From Somniosus microcephalus (Eukaryota), in assembly GCA_052327205.1 (NCBI GenBank), contig CM126222.1, forward strand, positions 63,302,001 to 63,366,000: a stretch of DNA of 64,000 nucleotides, given 5' to 3'. Position numbers and translations under genes: made by a program. Below are positions 37,801-50,725 of this stretch, piece by piece (the first letter of the stretch is position 1; the number at the start of each line of letters is the position of its first letter). Under the pieces are notes generated by a model. That model was given only the letters and a program-made list of their open reading frames with translations, was not told the origin of the DNA and ran no database searches.

Positions 37801-38627
37801 ACTACTGTTTGGGGGCCTATAAACAAATCCCACCAATGTTTTCTGCCCCTTGCTGTTTCTTAGCTCCACCCAAACTGATTCTACTTCTTGATTTTCGGAG
37901 CTAAGATCCTTTCTCTCTACTGTCTTTATCCCATCCTTTATTATCAGGGCTACCCTTATCCATTTTGCCTATCTATTCTAAAAGTTATGTATCCTGGAAT
38001 AGTTAGTTCCCAACCTTGGCCACTTTGCAACCACGTCTCCGTTATGGCTATTAGATCAAGCCTGTTAATTTCTATCTGCGCTATTAATTCATCTATTTTG
38101 TTGCGAATGCTTCGCGCATTCAGATATAGTGCCTTTAGCTTTGACTTATTTCTCTTTTTCCCTGATGTCACCATAGTCACTGATGCCTTATTACCTTTGT
38201 TACTCTCTCTGTCCCTTTCTAACCCACTCTGCTTATTTTTATCCAAAACTCTGCTCTAGAGCCTAGACATTTCTCTCGCTGTTTTTAAATTTACTCTTTC
38301 CAGAATCCTCCCACCCCCGCCCCCCCTTCATTAGTTTAAAGCTCTGTCTACTGCCTTAGTTATTTGGTTCGCCTGGACACTGGTCCCAGCCAGTGGAGCC
38401 CGTCCCAACGGAACAGCTCCCTCTTTCCCAGTACTGGTGCCAGTGCCCCATGCACCGAAACCCCTTCCTCCCACACCACTCTTGGAGCCATGCATTTAAA
38501 CCTCTAATCTGTTTGTCCCTATGCCAATTTGTGCATGGTTTTGCTTTGAGGTTCTGCTTTTTAATTTGGATCCTAGCTCCTCAAACTCCCTCAGCAGAAC
38601 CTCATTCCTAGTTCTACCTATGTCGTT
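31849..38627 (-). mobile_element. CR1 LINE (3' part of ORF1 plus disrupted ORF2), same subfamily as 2977-8519, interrupted by a Harbinger at ~33506-36974
   Basis: Shares SKLKALYLNARSIRNKIDELIAQIEINR and other peptides with the first copy; RT motifs and 3' tail at 31849. Confidence 0.92.
33506..36974 (+). mobile_element. Harbinger element A: three-exon Myb/SANT gene on + (~33767-34004, 34344-~34503, 34660-~35661) and a convergent transposase remnant on - (~36180-36430)
   Basis: Right TIR TTAAAATCGAGCCC; left TIR largely deleted. Myb peptide APR..DECLQTLVEEV...WVQCRKRFNDLVRTSK|gtgagt; exon 2 EKLAHNKRERTKTGG; basic C-terminus RSTRKRK. Frameshifts present. Confidence 0.85.
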
Positions 38628-38715
38628 TTTTCCTTCCCTATCTTTTCTGAACACCATGTATCCTTGAATATTAAGTGCCCAGTCCTCACTGTTTTTAAGC
38701 CACGTTTCCGTTCTT

Positions 38716-39643
38716 GCCTTCTTGAATCACAGTAGTCCTTGTGGTGAAGGTACTCCCGTAGTGCTGTTAGGGAGGGAGTACCAGGATTTTGACCCAGCGA
38801 TGATGAAGGAACGGAAATATATTTCCAAGTCAGAATGGTGTGTGAATTGGAGCGGAACTTGGAGGTGATGGTGTTCCCAAGCGCCTGCTGCCCTTGACCT
38901 TCTAGGTGATAGAGGTCATGGGTTTGGGAGGTGCTGTCAAAGAAGCCTTGGCAAGTGGCTGCAGTGCATCTTGTAGATGGTACACACTGCAGTCACAGTA
39001 TGCCTGTGGTGGAGGAAGGTCATGTTTAAGGTGGTTGATGGGGTGCCAATCAAGCGGGTTGCTTTGTCCTGGATGGTGTCAAGCTTCTTGACTGTTGGAG
39101 CGGCACTCATCCAGGCAAGTGGAGAGTATTCCATCACATTCCTGACTTGTGCCTTCTGGGTGGTGGAAAGGCTTTGGGGAGTCAGGAGGTGAGACACCCG
39201 CTGCAGAATACCCAGCCTCTGACCTGCTTTTGTTGCCACAGTATTTATATGGCTGGTCCAGTTAAGTTTCTGGTCAATGGTGACCCCCAGGATGTTGATG
39301 TTATGGGATTTGGCGATGGTAATGCCATTGAATGTCATGGGGCGATGGTTAGACTCTTGTTGGAGATAGTCATTGCCTGGCATTTGTGTGGCGCGAATGT
39401 TACTTACCACTTAGCAACCCAAGCCTGAATGTCATCCAGGTCTTGCTGCATGTGGGCATGGACTGCTTTATAATATGAGGGGTTGCAAATTGAACTGAAC
39501 ATTGTGCAATTATCAGCGAACATCCCCACTTCTGACCCTATGATGGGGGGAGAAGGTCATTTGATGAAGCAGCTAAAGATGGTTGGGCCTAGGACACTGC
39601 CCTGAGGAACTCCTGCAGTGATGCCCTGGGGCTGAGATGATTG
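38716..39643 (-). mobile_element. Second LINE family, 3' portion; continues at 44382-45630
   Basis: ILGVTIDQKLNWTSHIN, QVRNVMEYSPLAW; homologous to 22215-22745 and 26017-26220. Confidence 0.85.
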
Positions 39644-42600
39644 AACATAACATAAGGACATAAGAAGTAGGAGCAGGAGTCGGCCATATCGCCCCTCGGG
39701 CCTGCTCCGCCATTCAATAGGATCATGGCTGATCCGAACCTAGACTCACGTCCACTTCCCTGCCCGCTCCCCGTAACCCCTAATTCCCTTATCAGCTAGG
39801 AAACTGTCTATCTCCGTTTTAAATTTATTTAATGTCGCAGCTTCCACAGCTCTCTGAGGTAGCAAATTCCATAGATTTACTACCCTCTGAGTGAAGAAGT
39901 TTCTCCTCATCTTAGTTTTGAAAGGGCAGCCCCTTATTCTAAGATTATGCCCCCTAGTTCTAGTCTCACCCATCAGTGGAAACATCCTCACCGCATCCAC
40001 CCGATCAAGCCCCCTCACAATCTTATATGTTTCGATAAGATCGCCTCTCATTCTTCTGAATTCCAATGAGTAGAGGCCCAACCTACTCAACCTTTCCTCA
40101 TAAGTCAACCCCCTCATCTCCGGAATCAACCGAGTGAACCTTCTCTGAACTGCCTCGAGAGCAAGTACAGGAAACTTTGGTTTATCCGGAGGTTATATGT
40201 CCGGAATACTCGATCTAACGGCAAAAATCAGGAGCCGTTTTCTATAAGTTTTTTTAGTTCTCGTTGCTTTTTTTTCCCCAGTCAGGCACTGCAAGGTCTG
40301 TAGCTATAGCAACAGCTTCAGCTAGAGACGCTTGCAGCTGCAGCTGACTGTTTTGAAGCTGTTGCTAAGCAACAGGGTTTGTTGATTCACACGGAGCTTT
40401 TCAGTTCCGTATCTCTCAACATTAACGCTGGTATGTCCGGCACTTTTGATGGTACGGCACCAGCTCGGTCCCGTCAGTGCCGGATATCAGAAAGTTTCCT
40501 GTATATCTTTTCTTAAATATGGAAACCAAAACTGTACGCAGTATTCCAGGTGTGGTCTCACCAGTAATCTGTATAACTGAAGCAAGACTTCCCTGCTTTT
40601 ATACTCCAACCTCCTTGCAATAAAAGCCAAGATTCCATTGGCCTTCTTGATCACCTGCTGTACCTGCATACTAACCTTCTGTGTTTCATGCACCAGGACC
40701 CCCAGATCCCTTTGTACTGTAGCACTTTGCAGTTTCTCTCCATTTAGATAATAACTTGCTCTTTGATTTTTTCTGCCAAAGTACATAACCTCACACTTTC
40801 CAACATTATATTCCATCTGCCAAATTTCTGCCCACTCACTTAGCCTGTCTATGTCCTTTTGCAGGTTTTTTATGTCCTCCTCACTCACTGCTTTCCCTCC
40901 CATCTTTGTATCGTCGTCAAACTTGGATACGTTGCACTCGGTCCCTGCCTCCAAATCGTTAATATAGATTGTAAAGAGTTGGGGTCCCAGCACTGACCCC
41001 TGCAGAACACCACTAGTCACTGATTGCCAACCCGAGAATGAACCATTTATCCCAACTCTCTGTTTTCTGTTAGATAGCCAATCTTCCACCCATGCCAGTA
41101 TATTACCCCCAATCCCGTGATTTTTTATCTTGTGCAGTAATCTTTTGTGTGGCACCTTGTCAAATGCCTTTTGGAAGTCCAAATACACCACATCCACTGG
41201 TTCCCCTTTATCCACCCTGTTTGTTACGTCCTCAAAGAATTCGAGCAAATTTGTCGGACATGACTTCCCCTTCATAAAACCATGCTGACTCTGTCCGATT
41301 AAATTATGCTTATCCAAATGTCCTGTTACTGCTTCCTTAATAATGGACTCCAACATTTTACCAACCACAGATGTTAGGCTAACTGGTCTATAGTTTCCAG
41401 CCTTTTGTCTACTTCCCTTTATAAATAAGGGCATTACATTAGCAGTTTTCCAATCTGCTGAGACCTTTCCTGAATCCAGGGAGTTTTGGAAAATTACCAC
41501 TAATGCATCCACAATCCCTACCGCTACTTCTCTCAAGACCCTAGGATGTAAGCCATCAGGTCCAGGGGATTTATCTGCCTTTAGTCCCATTATCTTACCG
41601 AGTACCATCTCCTTAGTGATTTTAATCGTGTTTAGCTCCTCCCCCCCCCCCCCCATAGCCCCCTGTTTGTCCAGTGTTGGGATATTTTTAGTGTCCTCTA
41701 CTGTAAAGACTGATACAAAATATTTGTTCAGCGTTTTTGCCATCTCCATGTTCCCCACCACTAATTTCCCGGTCTCGTCCTCTAAGGGACCAACATTCAC
41801 TTTAGCCACCCTTTTTCTTTTAATATAACTGTAGAAACTCTTGCTATCTGTTTTTATATTTTTTGCTAGTTTACTTTCATAATCTATCTTCCCTTTCTTA
41901 ATTAATCTTTTAGTTATTTTTTGCTGGCTTTTAAATGCTTCCCAATCTTCTATCCTCCCACTAGATATGGCTACTTTATATGCTCTTGTTTTCAGTCGGA
42001 TACTATCCTTTATTACTTTACTTAGCCACGGATGGCTGTCTTTTCTTTTACGCCCCTTTTTCCTCAGTGGAATATATTTATCTTGAAAGTTGCAAAATAT
42101 CTCCTTGAATGTACACCACTGCTCATGTACCATCTTACACTTTAATCTATTTTCCCAGTCCACTTTAGTCAACTCTGCTCTCATACCTTCATAGTCTCCT
42201 TTATTTAAGCTTAGTACGCTGGTTTGAGATCCAACTCTCTCACCCTCCAACTGAATTTGGAATTCAACCATGTTATGGTCACTCATTCCAAGGGGATCCT
42301 TTAATAGGACATTTTTTAATTAATCCTGTCTCATTACACAGGACCAGATCTAAGATTGCCTGCCCCCTGGTTGGTTCAGTAACATACTGCTCAAGGAACC
42401 CGTCCCTAATGCACTCTATGAACTTTTCCTCAAGGCTGCCCTGCCCAATTTGATTTGTCCAGTCAGTATGAAAGTTAAAATCCCCCATGATTATAGCTGT
42501 TCCCTTATTACAAGCCCCAACTATTTCCTGATTTATACTCCGACCAACAGAGTTGCAGCTGTTAGGAGGCCTATAGACTATGCCCGCTAGTGACTTTTTC

Positions 42601-44381
42601 CCCTTATTATTCCTTATCTCCACCCAAACTGTTTCACTATCCTGATCCTTTGACCCAATATCATTTCTCACTATTGCAGTGATTCCATCCTTTATTAACA
42701 TAGCCACCCCACCTCCCTTTCCTTCCTGTCTGTCCCTCCTAATTGTCAAATACCCCTAGATGTTTAGTTCCCAGTCATGGTCACCTTGCAGCCATGTTTC
42801 TGTAATGGCCACCAGATCATACCCATGTGTAGTTATTTGTACCGTCAACTCGTCAGTTTTGTTAGGAATGCTGCATGCATTCAGATAAAGAACTTTTAAA
42901 TATGTTTTGTGACAACTTATTCCTGCTTTTACCCCCTTTACTACTTTACCTTTATACATTCTGTCCCTTCCTGACACGCTCTGGTTTTTAATTCCCCCAC
43001 TGCTACCTTGCTCTATTGCCTTCTCCGCTGACATTTTTATTTTTTGCTCTCTTGAAACCTCCCCCCCACTAATTAGTTTAAAGCCCTCTCTAGAGCCCTA
43101 GTTATTTGATTCGCCAGGATTCTAGTCTCAGCACTGGCCAAGTGAAGTCCGTCCTAACGGAACAGCTCTCTCCTGTCCCAGTACTGGTGCCAGTGTCCCA
43201 AGAAGCAAAACCCATTTCTCCCACACCAGTCTTTGAGCCGCGCATTTAACTCTCTGATTTTATTTACCCTAGCCAAATTTGCTCGTGGCTCAGGTAGTAA
43301 TCCAGAGATTATTACCCTAGTGGTTCTGTTTTTTAATTTGGCCCCTAGCTGCTCATACTCCCTCAGCAGAACCTCTTTCCTTGTCCTATCTATGTCGTTG
43401 GTACCAACATGGACCACGACAACTGGATCCTGCCCCTCCCACTCCAAGTTTCTCTCCAGCCCAGAGGAGATGTCCTGAACCCTGGCACCGGGCAGGCAAC
43501 ACAGCCTTCGGGACTCTCGCTCTCGGCTGCAAAGAACCATATCTATCCCCCTAATGATACTATCCCCTACCACTACAACATTTCTTTTTACTCCCCCCAC
43601 TTGAATGGCCCCTCGTTCCACGGTGCTGTGGCCAGGTTGCTCATCCTCCCTGCAGTCCCCGCTCCCGTCCCCACGGAGTAAGAGCCTCGAACCTGTTTGA
43701 CAAGAGCAAGGGCTGCGGCTCCTTCAACACTACCTCCTGGATCCCCGTACCTGCCTCACTCATAGTCACACCCTCCTGTCCCTGACCACGGACTACATCT
43801 GAATTAGTTAATCTAATTGGTGTGACTACTTCCTGGAACACAGAGTCCAGGTAACTCTCCCCCTCCCTGATGTGTCGCAGTGTTTGAAGCTCGGACTCCA
43901 GCTCATCAACACAGAGCCGGAGTTCCTCGAGCAGCCAACACTTACTGCAAATGTGATCACCGTGAGCATCAATGGTGTCCACCAGCTCCCACATATTGCA
44001 GCAGTAACACATCACCTGATCTCCCATTCTATGTAATTAATTAAATTTATTAATATTTTTAAATGATATATTTAAGGGCCCTGGTTTACAAACTGTCCCG
44101 CTACACCACAGAGACCTTAAAAACTATAAACCACAGAGTTAAAGTTTTAAAAAGAGAGAAATACTCCCAACCAATCACTTACCTGCTTTTTGGTGACGTC
44201 ACACCTCGATTACTTTTTACTTCTCTCCCTCTGAGATTGGAGATTGGTAAACCTACCCACGCTCGGGCTTACCTTAAATACTGCCGCCGCTCGAGTTCCC
44301 GCTGCTGCCGCACTGAGGCCTACCCGTGCCTCGGGCTTACCTTAAATACTGCCGCCACTCGAGTTCCCGCCGTTGCCACAC
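39644..44381 (-). mobile_element. Full-length CR1 LINE with 7-bp TSD ATGATTG; ORF1 ~44027-43070 and ORF2 ~42900-39746, both frameshifted
   Basis: TSD at 39637-39643 and 44382-44388; zinc finger and SGNH ORF1; EN-RT ORF2; 5'UTR with a ~68-bp tandem unit; 3' tail. Confidence 0.95.
40168..40501. mobile_element. pogo/Tigger-like MITE with TA TSD in CR1 ORF2
   Basis: TA|CAGGAAACTTT...AAAGTTTCCTG|TA; removing it restores RKDILA; related to 24763-25049. Confidence 0.88.
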
Positions 44382-45630
44382 ATGATTGGCCTCCAACAAC
44401 CACAACCATCTTCCTTTGTGCGAGGTATGACTCCCATTGACTTCAATTTTACTTGGGCTCCTTGATGTCACACTTCGTCAAATGTTTTCTTGATGTCAAG
44501 GGCAGTCACTCTCACCTCACTGGAATTCAGCTCTTTTGTCCGTATTTGGACCAAGACTGTAATGAGGTCTGGAGCCGAGTGGTCCTCATGGAAACCAAAC
44601 TGAGCATTGGTGAGTCGGTTATTGGTGAGTAAGTGCCACTTGATAGCACTGTCGATGACACCTTCCATCACTTTGCTGATGATTGAGAGTAGATTGATGG
44701 GGCGATGATTGGCCGGATTGGATTTGTCCTGCTATTTGTGGACAGGACATACCTGGGCAATGCTCCACTTTGTCGGGTAGATGCCAGTGTTGTAGCTGTA
44801 CTGGAACAGCTTGGCTAGAGGTGCAGCTAGTTCTGGAGCACATGTCTTCAGCAAGATAGCCGGGATGTTGTTGGGGCCCATAGCCTTTGCTGTATCCAGT
44901 GTGTTCAGCCGTTTCTTGATATCACGTAGAGTGAATCGAATGGGCTGTAGACGGGCTTCTGTGATAGTGGGGACGTCAGGAGGATGCTGAGATGGATAAG
45001 CCACTTGGCACTTCTGGTTGAAGATGGTTGCAAATGTGTTAGCCTAGAAATTCGTCTTGGGCGGTGGTGAAAAACGGACGATATCGGATTGGCCGCCCAT
45101 TATACGCAGCCCCTGATATTCAGTTCCATTGACGGCAATAAAACTGAATATCAGGCGCTGCGTATAACGGGCGGCCGATCCGATAATGCCCGTTTTTCGC
45201 CACCGCCTGAGACGAATTTCTAGCCCCTTGTCTTTTGCACTCCCATGCTGGGCTCGCCATTATTGAGGATGGGGCTGCTCATGGAGCCTCCGCCTCCTGT
45301 TAGTTATTTAATTGTCCCCCACCATTCACGACTGTGGAATCATTCAGCTCTGTCTATAGCATGCTTTTGCAGTTGTTTAGCATGCATGTAGTCATGTGTT
45401 GTAGCTTCACCAGGTTGCCACTTCATTTTCAGGTACGCCTGGAGCTGCTCCTGGCATGCTTTTCTACACACCTCATTGAACCAGATTTGGTCCTCTGGCT
45501 TGATGGTAATGGTAGAGTGAGCGATATGCTGAGCGATGAGGTTACAGATTGTGGTGGAATACAATTCTGCTACTGATGGCCCATGGCGCCTCATGGATGC
45601 CCAGTTTTGAGCTGCTGTATCTGTTCTGAA
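44382..45630 (-). mobile_element. Second LINE family, middle portion (RT N-half)
   Basis: AMGPNNIPAILLKTCAPELAAPLAKLFQYSYNTG, QFGFHEDHSAPD, LYSTTICNL. Confidence 0.85.
45041..45226. mobile_element. Almost fully palindromic Harbinger-type MITE (186 bp)
   Basis: Ends (a)gcCTAGAAATTCGTCT / AGACGAATTTCTAGCCC; arms of ~90 bp pair along nearly their whole length. Confidence 0.85.
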
Positions 45631-45891
45631 TGCATCTTTCCAAATGAAAATATAGGGAGAGAAACTTATACAGTAATGGGAAAAACATTGACGTAATAGT
45701 GTGACAAAAACGTGATAACAGCAACTAAGGTATTGTGTACAGGAAGTCTACAGACGTAATGCAGATATAAAATTTATAATACATTATAAATAGCTTTATT
45801 TTTTCTCTTTCCATTTATGTAGGAAAATAAAAACTACTCCTGACTTCAAGAAAACTTTTTTTGATTTGGTAAAACTGCTTGAAGGTGAACA

Positions 45892-46257
45892 ATGGAACAA
45901 GAGGAAATTCCCAATGAGCACGAGGATGACCCACGAATGGCTTTTTTGCAGAGCTTAACTGTGATGTATTTCAGTATAAAACAAGACAAATGGGCTAAAT
46001 TTTCTGCATCAGAAGAAAACAAACGCCTGGTGATGGACTTCTTTAATACAGAAGACACAATGATTCTGGTAATCTATATCAACAATGCAGGACAATTAGC
46101 TGCAAATTTGGGATTTCCTGCCTTAATTAAAACAAAGGGAATTTACTTTGTGAAAAAGAAAATGGTGCGCATCACTAATGACAATATTAAAGAGGCACTA
46201 TTAATTGGCGATGTTAGCAAATCACCGGTTGAACAATTATTAGCAGTGGTTGAAGAG
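45892..46257 (+). CDS. DNAH17: Dynein axonemal heavy chain 17, first coding exon (122 codons; exon probably starts at 45823)
   Basis: Peptide DPRMAFL..DKWAKF..EEN..LGFP..IKTKGIYFVK..LLIGDVSKSPVEQLLAVVEE resembles the human DNAH17 N-terminus (..DKWSKL..LGFPQSLKSKGVYFIK..LLYGDISPTPVDQLIAVVEE). Acceptor ttatgtag at 45822, donor gtgagt at 46258. DNAH17 follows CYTH1 in human. No later exon found in the window. Confidence 0.9.
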
Positions 46258-47124
46258 GTGAGTGAGAGGAAAAAATAATCAGTTCATAACGTAAGAGAAA
46301 TTAAAAATGAGAAAATGGCATTCAAATAATTGAAGTTTATCCTACAACAAGTATCCTGTGCCATCATAGAATCCAACTATATTTTGAAGAACTGCAATGT
46401 TTTTGGCTGTATTATCCTGTGCAGCAAACTATTTATTATATTTATTGGACTTTGAGTAATATTTTAAAGTTATCTTCTAATTTCCATTCATATTTTCTGG
46501 CCCTACTTTGTAGGGTAGCTTTAAAGTAATACTCTGGGTTTACTTTATCTAGCTTTATATTATAATATCTTATACATAATGAACTAATCTGGTTAGACAT
46601 TTCTAATGAAAAAAAAATCAAGGTACTCTAGGGGAATGTTACAGACAACCAAGTCAGCATAAGAAGGAAAAACAGCATGCTCTATGAAGAGATAGGAGGG
46701 GTATGTGAGAAGTGAAACGTTATTTTGATGGATCACTTCAATTAACCAAATGTAAATTGTGAAAACCCAAGTGGTTTAGTATCAGAGTTGGTAAATGTAA
46801 TGTATGACTGCTTTGTGACCAAGTATATCAAGGAAGCCACAAGAAGCATGGTATTCATAAATGACCCAGAAAATGTACAGAAAAACTGGAATTTGTGGCA
46901 CCTTCGGGGACAGTGACCACAGAATTGTTCAACATGATCTGGGATTCATAATACCAACAATCTAGAGCTAGGCATATAACTTTAAAAGGGCTAACTTCAA
47001 AAAAATGGGGACCAACTTAAGTAGATTAATTGAGGAAAGTTGTTCAGCCACAGTTGAGAAGGAGACAAGTAGAACATCTTTAAAGGCAAAATATTGAGCA
47101 TGCAGGATAAATACTGGTGAGCTG

Positions 47125-50100
47125 CAGTGCAATTAGCCATGAGGGAATATGATATAGTGGCGATAACTGAAACCCGGCTCAAAAAAGAGAGGATTGGATG
47201 CTTAATATCCTGGGTAGAAGGTATTCGGGAAAGATAGGGAAGGAAAAAAAGGAGTAGCGATTTTCATTAAGGAAAATATTACAATGCTAGAACGAGAGAA
47301 TAGACTTGAGGATTGAAAGACAGAATCTATTTGGTTAGAGTTAGGAACAATTGAGGAGCTATTATGCTACTTGGTGTATTTTATACGTTGCCAAATAGTG
47401 GGAAGGAGATAGAAGAGCAGATTTTCAGGGAAATTATTGAGAGGTGCATGAACTATATTGTACTGATAATGGGAGGCTTTAGCTACCTAATATTGAATGG
47501 GATTGTGATTGTGTTAAGGGCAGAGAGGGGGAGTAATTTCTGAAGAGTGTTCAGGAGAACTTTCTTGATCAGTATGTTTCCTGTCCAATGAGGAAGGAGG
47601 CATTGCTGGAACAGGTCCTGGGGAATGAATTGAGTCAAGTGGAGAATGTCGCAGTGGAGGAGCATCTCAGAAATAGTGATCATAGTATAAGGTTTAGATT
47701 AGTTATGGAGAAGGACAAGGAGCAATCTAGAATAAAAGTACTTAACTGGAGGAGGGCTAATTTCAACGCATTGAGGAGGGAGCTGGCTCAGGTAAATTGG
47801 AGTCAAAGACTGGCAGGCAGAAATGTAATGGAGCAATGGATGGCCTTTAAAAAGGGGATGGTCTAGGTACATTTCCACAAGATGGAAAGGGAGGGCAACC
47901 AAAGCCAGAGCTCCCTGGATGATGAAGCAGTTAGAAAGTAGGATGAAACAGAAAAAGCGTAACAGATGTCAGCTTGATGATACAAGGCTGAATGTAAAAT
48001 GTACAGAGGAGGTGAAAAAGGAAATAAGAGGGGCAAAGAGACAGTACGAGAATAGATTGGCGGCTAACATAAAAGGGAATCCAAAGGTCTTCTATAGGTA
48101 TATTCTTCGAGAAAGGGTTGTCAGAGGAGCGGCGGGGCCAAGTAGGGACCCAAATGGAGATCTTTTGGTAGAGGCAGAAGGCATGGCTGAGGTACTAAAT
48201 GAGTACTTTACATTGGTGTTTACCAAGGAAGAGGACTTTGCCAAAGCTACGGTAAGCCAGGAGGTTGTTGAGATATTGGATGAGATAAAAATAGATAGAG
48301 GAGGTACTAGAAAAGCTGGCAGTACTTAAAGTGGATGAATCACCCAGTCCGGATGGGATGCATCCTAGGTTTCTGAGGGAAGTAAGGGTAGAAATTGAGG
48401 AGGTGCTGGCCATAATCTTCCAATCCTCCTTAGCTACAGGGGTGGTCCCAGAGGACCGGAGGATTGCAAATGTTACACCCTTGTTCAAAAAATGGGAGAA
48501 GGATAAACCTGGCAATTACAGGTCAGTCAGTTTAACATCGGTGGTGGGGAAGCTTCTAGAAACAATAAGCCGGGAGAAAATTAACAGCCACTTGGAGAAT
48601 TATGAACTAATAAAGGAGAGCCAGCATGGATTTGTTAATGGCAAATCGTGTTTGACTAACTTGATTGAGTTTTTGATGAGGTAACAGCGAGGGTGGATGA
48701 GGGCAGTGCAGTTGATGTGTATGTGGACGTTCAAAAGGCGTTTGATAAAGTGCTGCATAATAAGCTTGTTAGCAAAGTTGAAGCCTATGGGATAAAAGGG
48801 GCAGTAGCAGCTTGATACAAAATTGGCTAAGGGATAGAAAACAGAGTGTTATGGTGAAAGGCTGTTTTTCAGACTGGAGGGAGGTATACAATGGTGTTCC
48901 CCAGGGTTCAGTACTAGGACCACTGCTGCTTTTGATTTACATTAATTACTTGGACTTGGGGGTACAGGGCACAATTTCAAAATTTGCAGATGACACATAA
49001 CTTGGAAGTGTAGTAAACAGTGAAGAAGATAGTGATAGACTTCAAGAGAACATAGACAAGTTGGTGGAATGGGTGGACACATGTCTGATGAAATTCAATG
49101 CAGAGAAGTGCGAGGTGATACATTTTGGTAGGAAGAATAAGGAGAGGCAATGCAAGCTAAATTATATAATTTTAAAGGGTACAATTTGCAAGAATAGAGA
49201 AACCTGGGGGTGTTTGTGCACAAATCTTTGAAGGTGGCAGACAGGCTAATAAAGCAGTTAATAAAGCATATGGGATCCTGGGCTTTATAAATAGAGGCAT
49301 AGCGTACCAAAGCCAGGAAGTTATGCTGAACCTATATGAAACACTGGTTCATCTTCAGCTGGAGTATTGTGTCCAATTCTGGGTACCACACTTTAGGAAG
49401 GACGCGAAGGCTTTGGAGAGGGTACACAAGATATTTACTGGAATAGTCCCAGGGATGAGGGATTGCAGTTACATGGATAGACTGGAGAAGCTGGGGTTGT
49501 TAACCTAAGAGCAGAGAAGGTAAGAGGAGATTTGATAGAGGTGTTTAAAATCATGAAGGGTTTAGATTGAGTAAATAAAGAGAAACTGTTTCCAGAGGCT
49601 GAAGGGTCGATAACCAGAGGGCACACATTTAAGGTGATTGGCAAAATAACCAGAAGCAACATGAGGAAAAACCTTTTTACGCAATGAGTGGTTAGGATTT
49701 GGAATGCACTGCCTGATAGGACGGTGAAAAGAGATTCAATAGTAGCTTTCAACTGGGAATTGGATAAATACTTGAAGGAGAAAAAAATTGCAGGGATATA
49801 GGGAAAGAGCCTGGGAGTGGAACTAACTGGATTGCTCGTCAAAAGAGCGGGCACGGACTCAGAGTCATAGTTATAGAGTCATACAGCACAGAAAGACGCC
49901 CTTCGGCCCATTGTGTCCACACCAGCCATCAAGCCCTGTCTATTCTAATCCCATTTTCCAGCACTTGGTCCGTAGCCTTGTATGCTATGGCGTTTCAAGT
50001 GCTCATCTAAATACTTCTTGAATGTTGTGAGGGTTCCTGCCTCTACCACCCTTTCAGGCAATGAATTCCAGATTCCAACCACCCTCTGGATGAAAAAGTT

Positions 50101-50725
50101 TTTCCTCAAATCCCCTCTAAACCTCCTGCCCCTTACCTTGAAACTATGCCCTTATTGACCCCTCTACGAAGGGGAAAAGTTCCTTTCTATCTACCCTATC
50201 TAGCCCCTCATAATTTTGTACACCTCAGTTAGGTCCCCCCTCAGCCTTCTCTGCTCTAAGGAAAACAACCCCAGCTTGTCCAGTCTCTCTTCATAGCTGA
50301 AGCACTCCAGCCCAGGTAACATCCTGTTGAATCTCCTCTGCACCCTCTCCAATGCAATCACATCCCTCCTATAGTGTGGTGACCAGAACTGCACACAGTA
50401 TTCCAGCTGTGGCCTAACTAGCGTTTTATACAGCTCCATCATAACCTCCCTGCTCTTGCCTTCATTAGCCGAGGCATAGAATATAAGTATCCCATATGCC
50501 TTTTTAACCACCGCATCTACCTGTCCTGCTGTCTTCAGGGATCTATGTACATGCACACCAAGGTCCCTCTGATCCTCTGTCTTTCCTAGGGTACTACCAT
50601 TCATTGTGTATTCCCTTGCCTTGTTTGTCCTCCAAAAATGCATCACCTCACACTTTTCAGGGTTAAATTCCACTCGATGGGCTGAATGGCCTCCTTCTGT
50701 TGCTGTACTATTCTATGATTCTGTG
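47125..50725 (+). mobile_element. Degenerate CR1 (different subfamily) ORF2 and tail, embedded in older CR1 remnants (~46680-47120 and ~50730-51050)
   Basis: AITETRL, NYRSVSLTS, PQGSVLGP, KFADD; the tail is split by an inverted CR1 fragment. Confidence 0.85.
49861..50671 (-). mobile_element. CR1 3' fragment inserted in the 3'UTR of another CR1 (ACTC direct repeat at both sides)
   Basis: EFNPEKCEVMHF...LVRPQLEYCVQFWSP...RRLRGDL; actc at 49857-49860 and 50672-50675. Confidence 0.88.

Noticed and set aside
46258-46278. DNAH17 ORF continuing as VSERKK*
   Set aside because: Read-through into the intron past the gtgagt donor.
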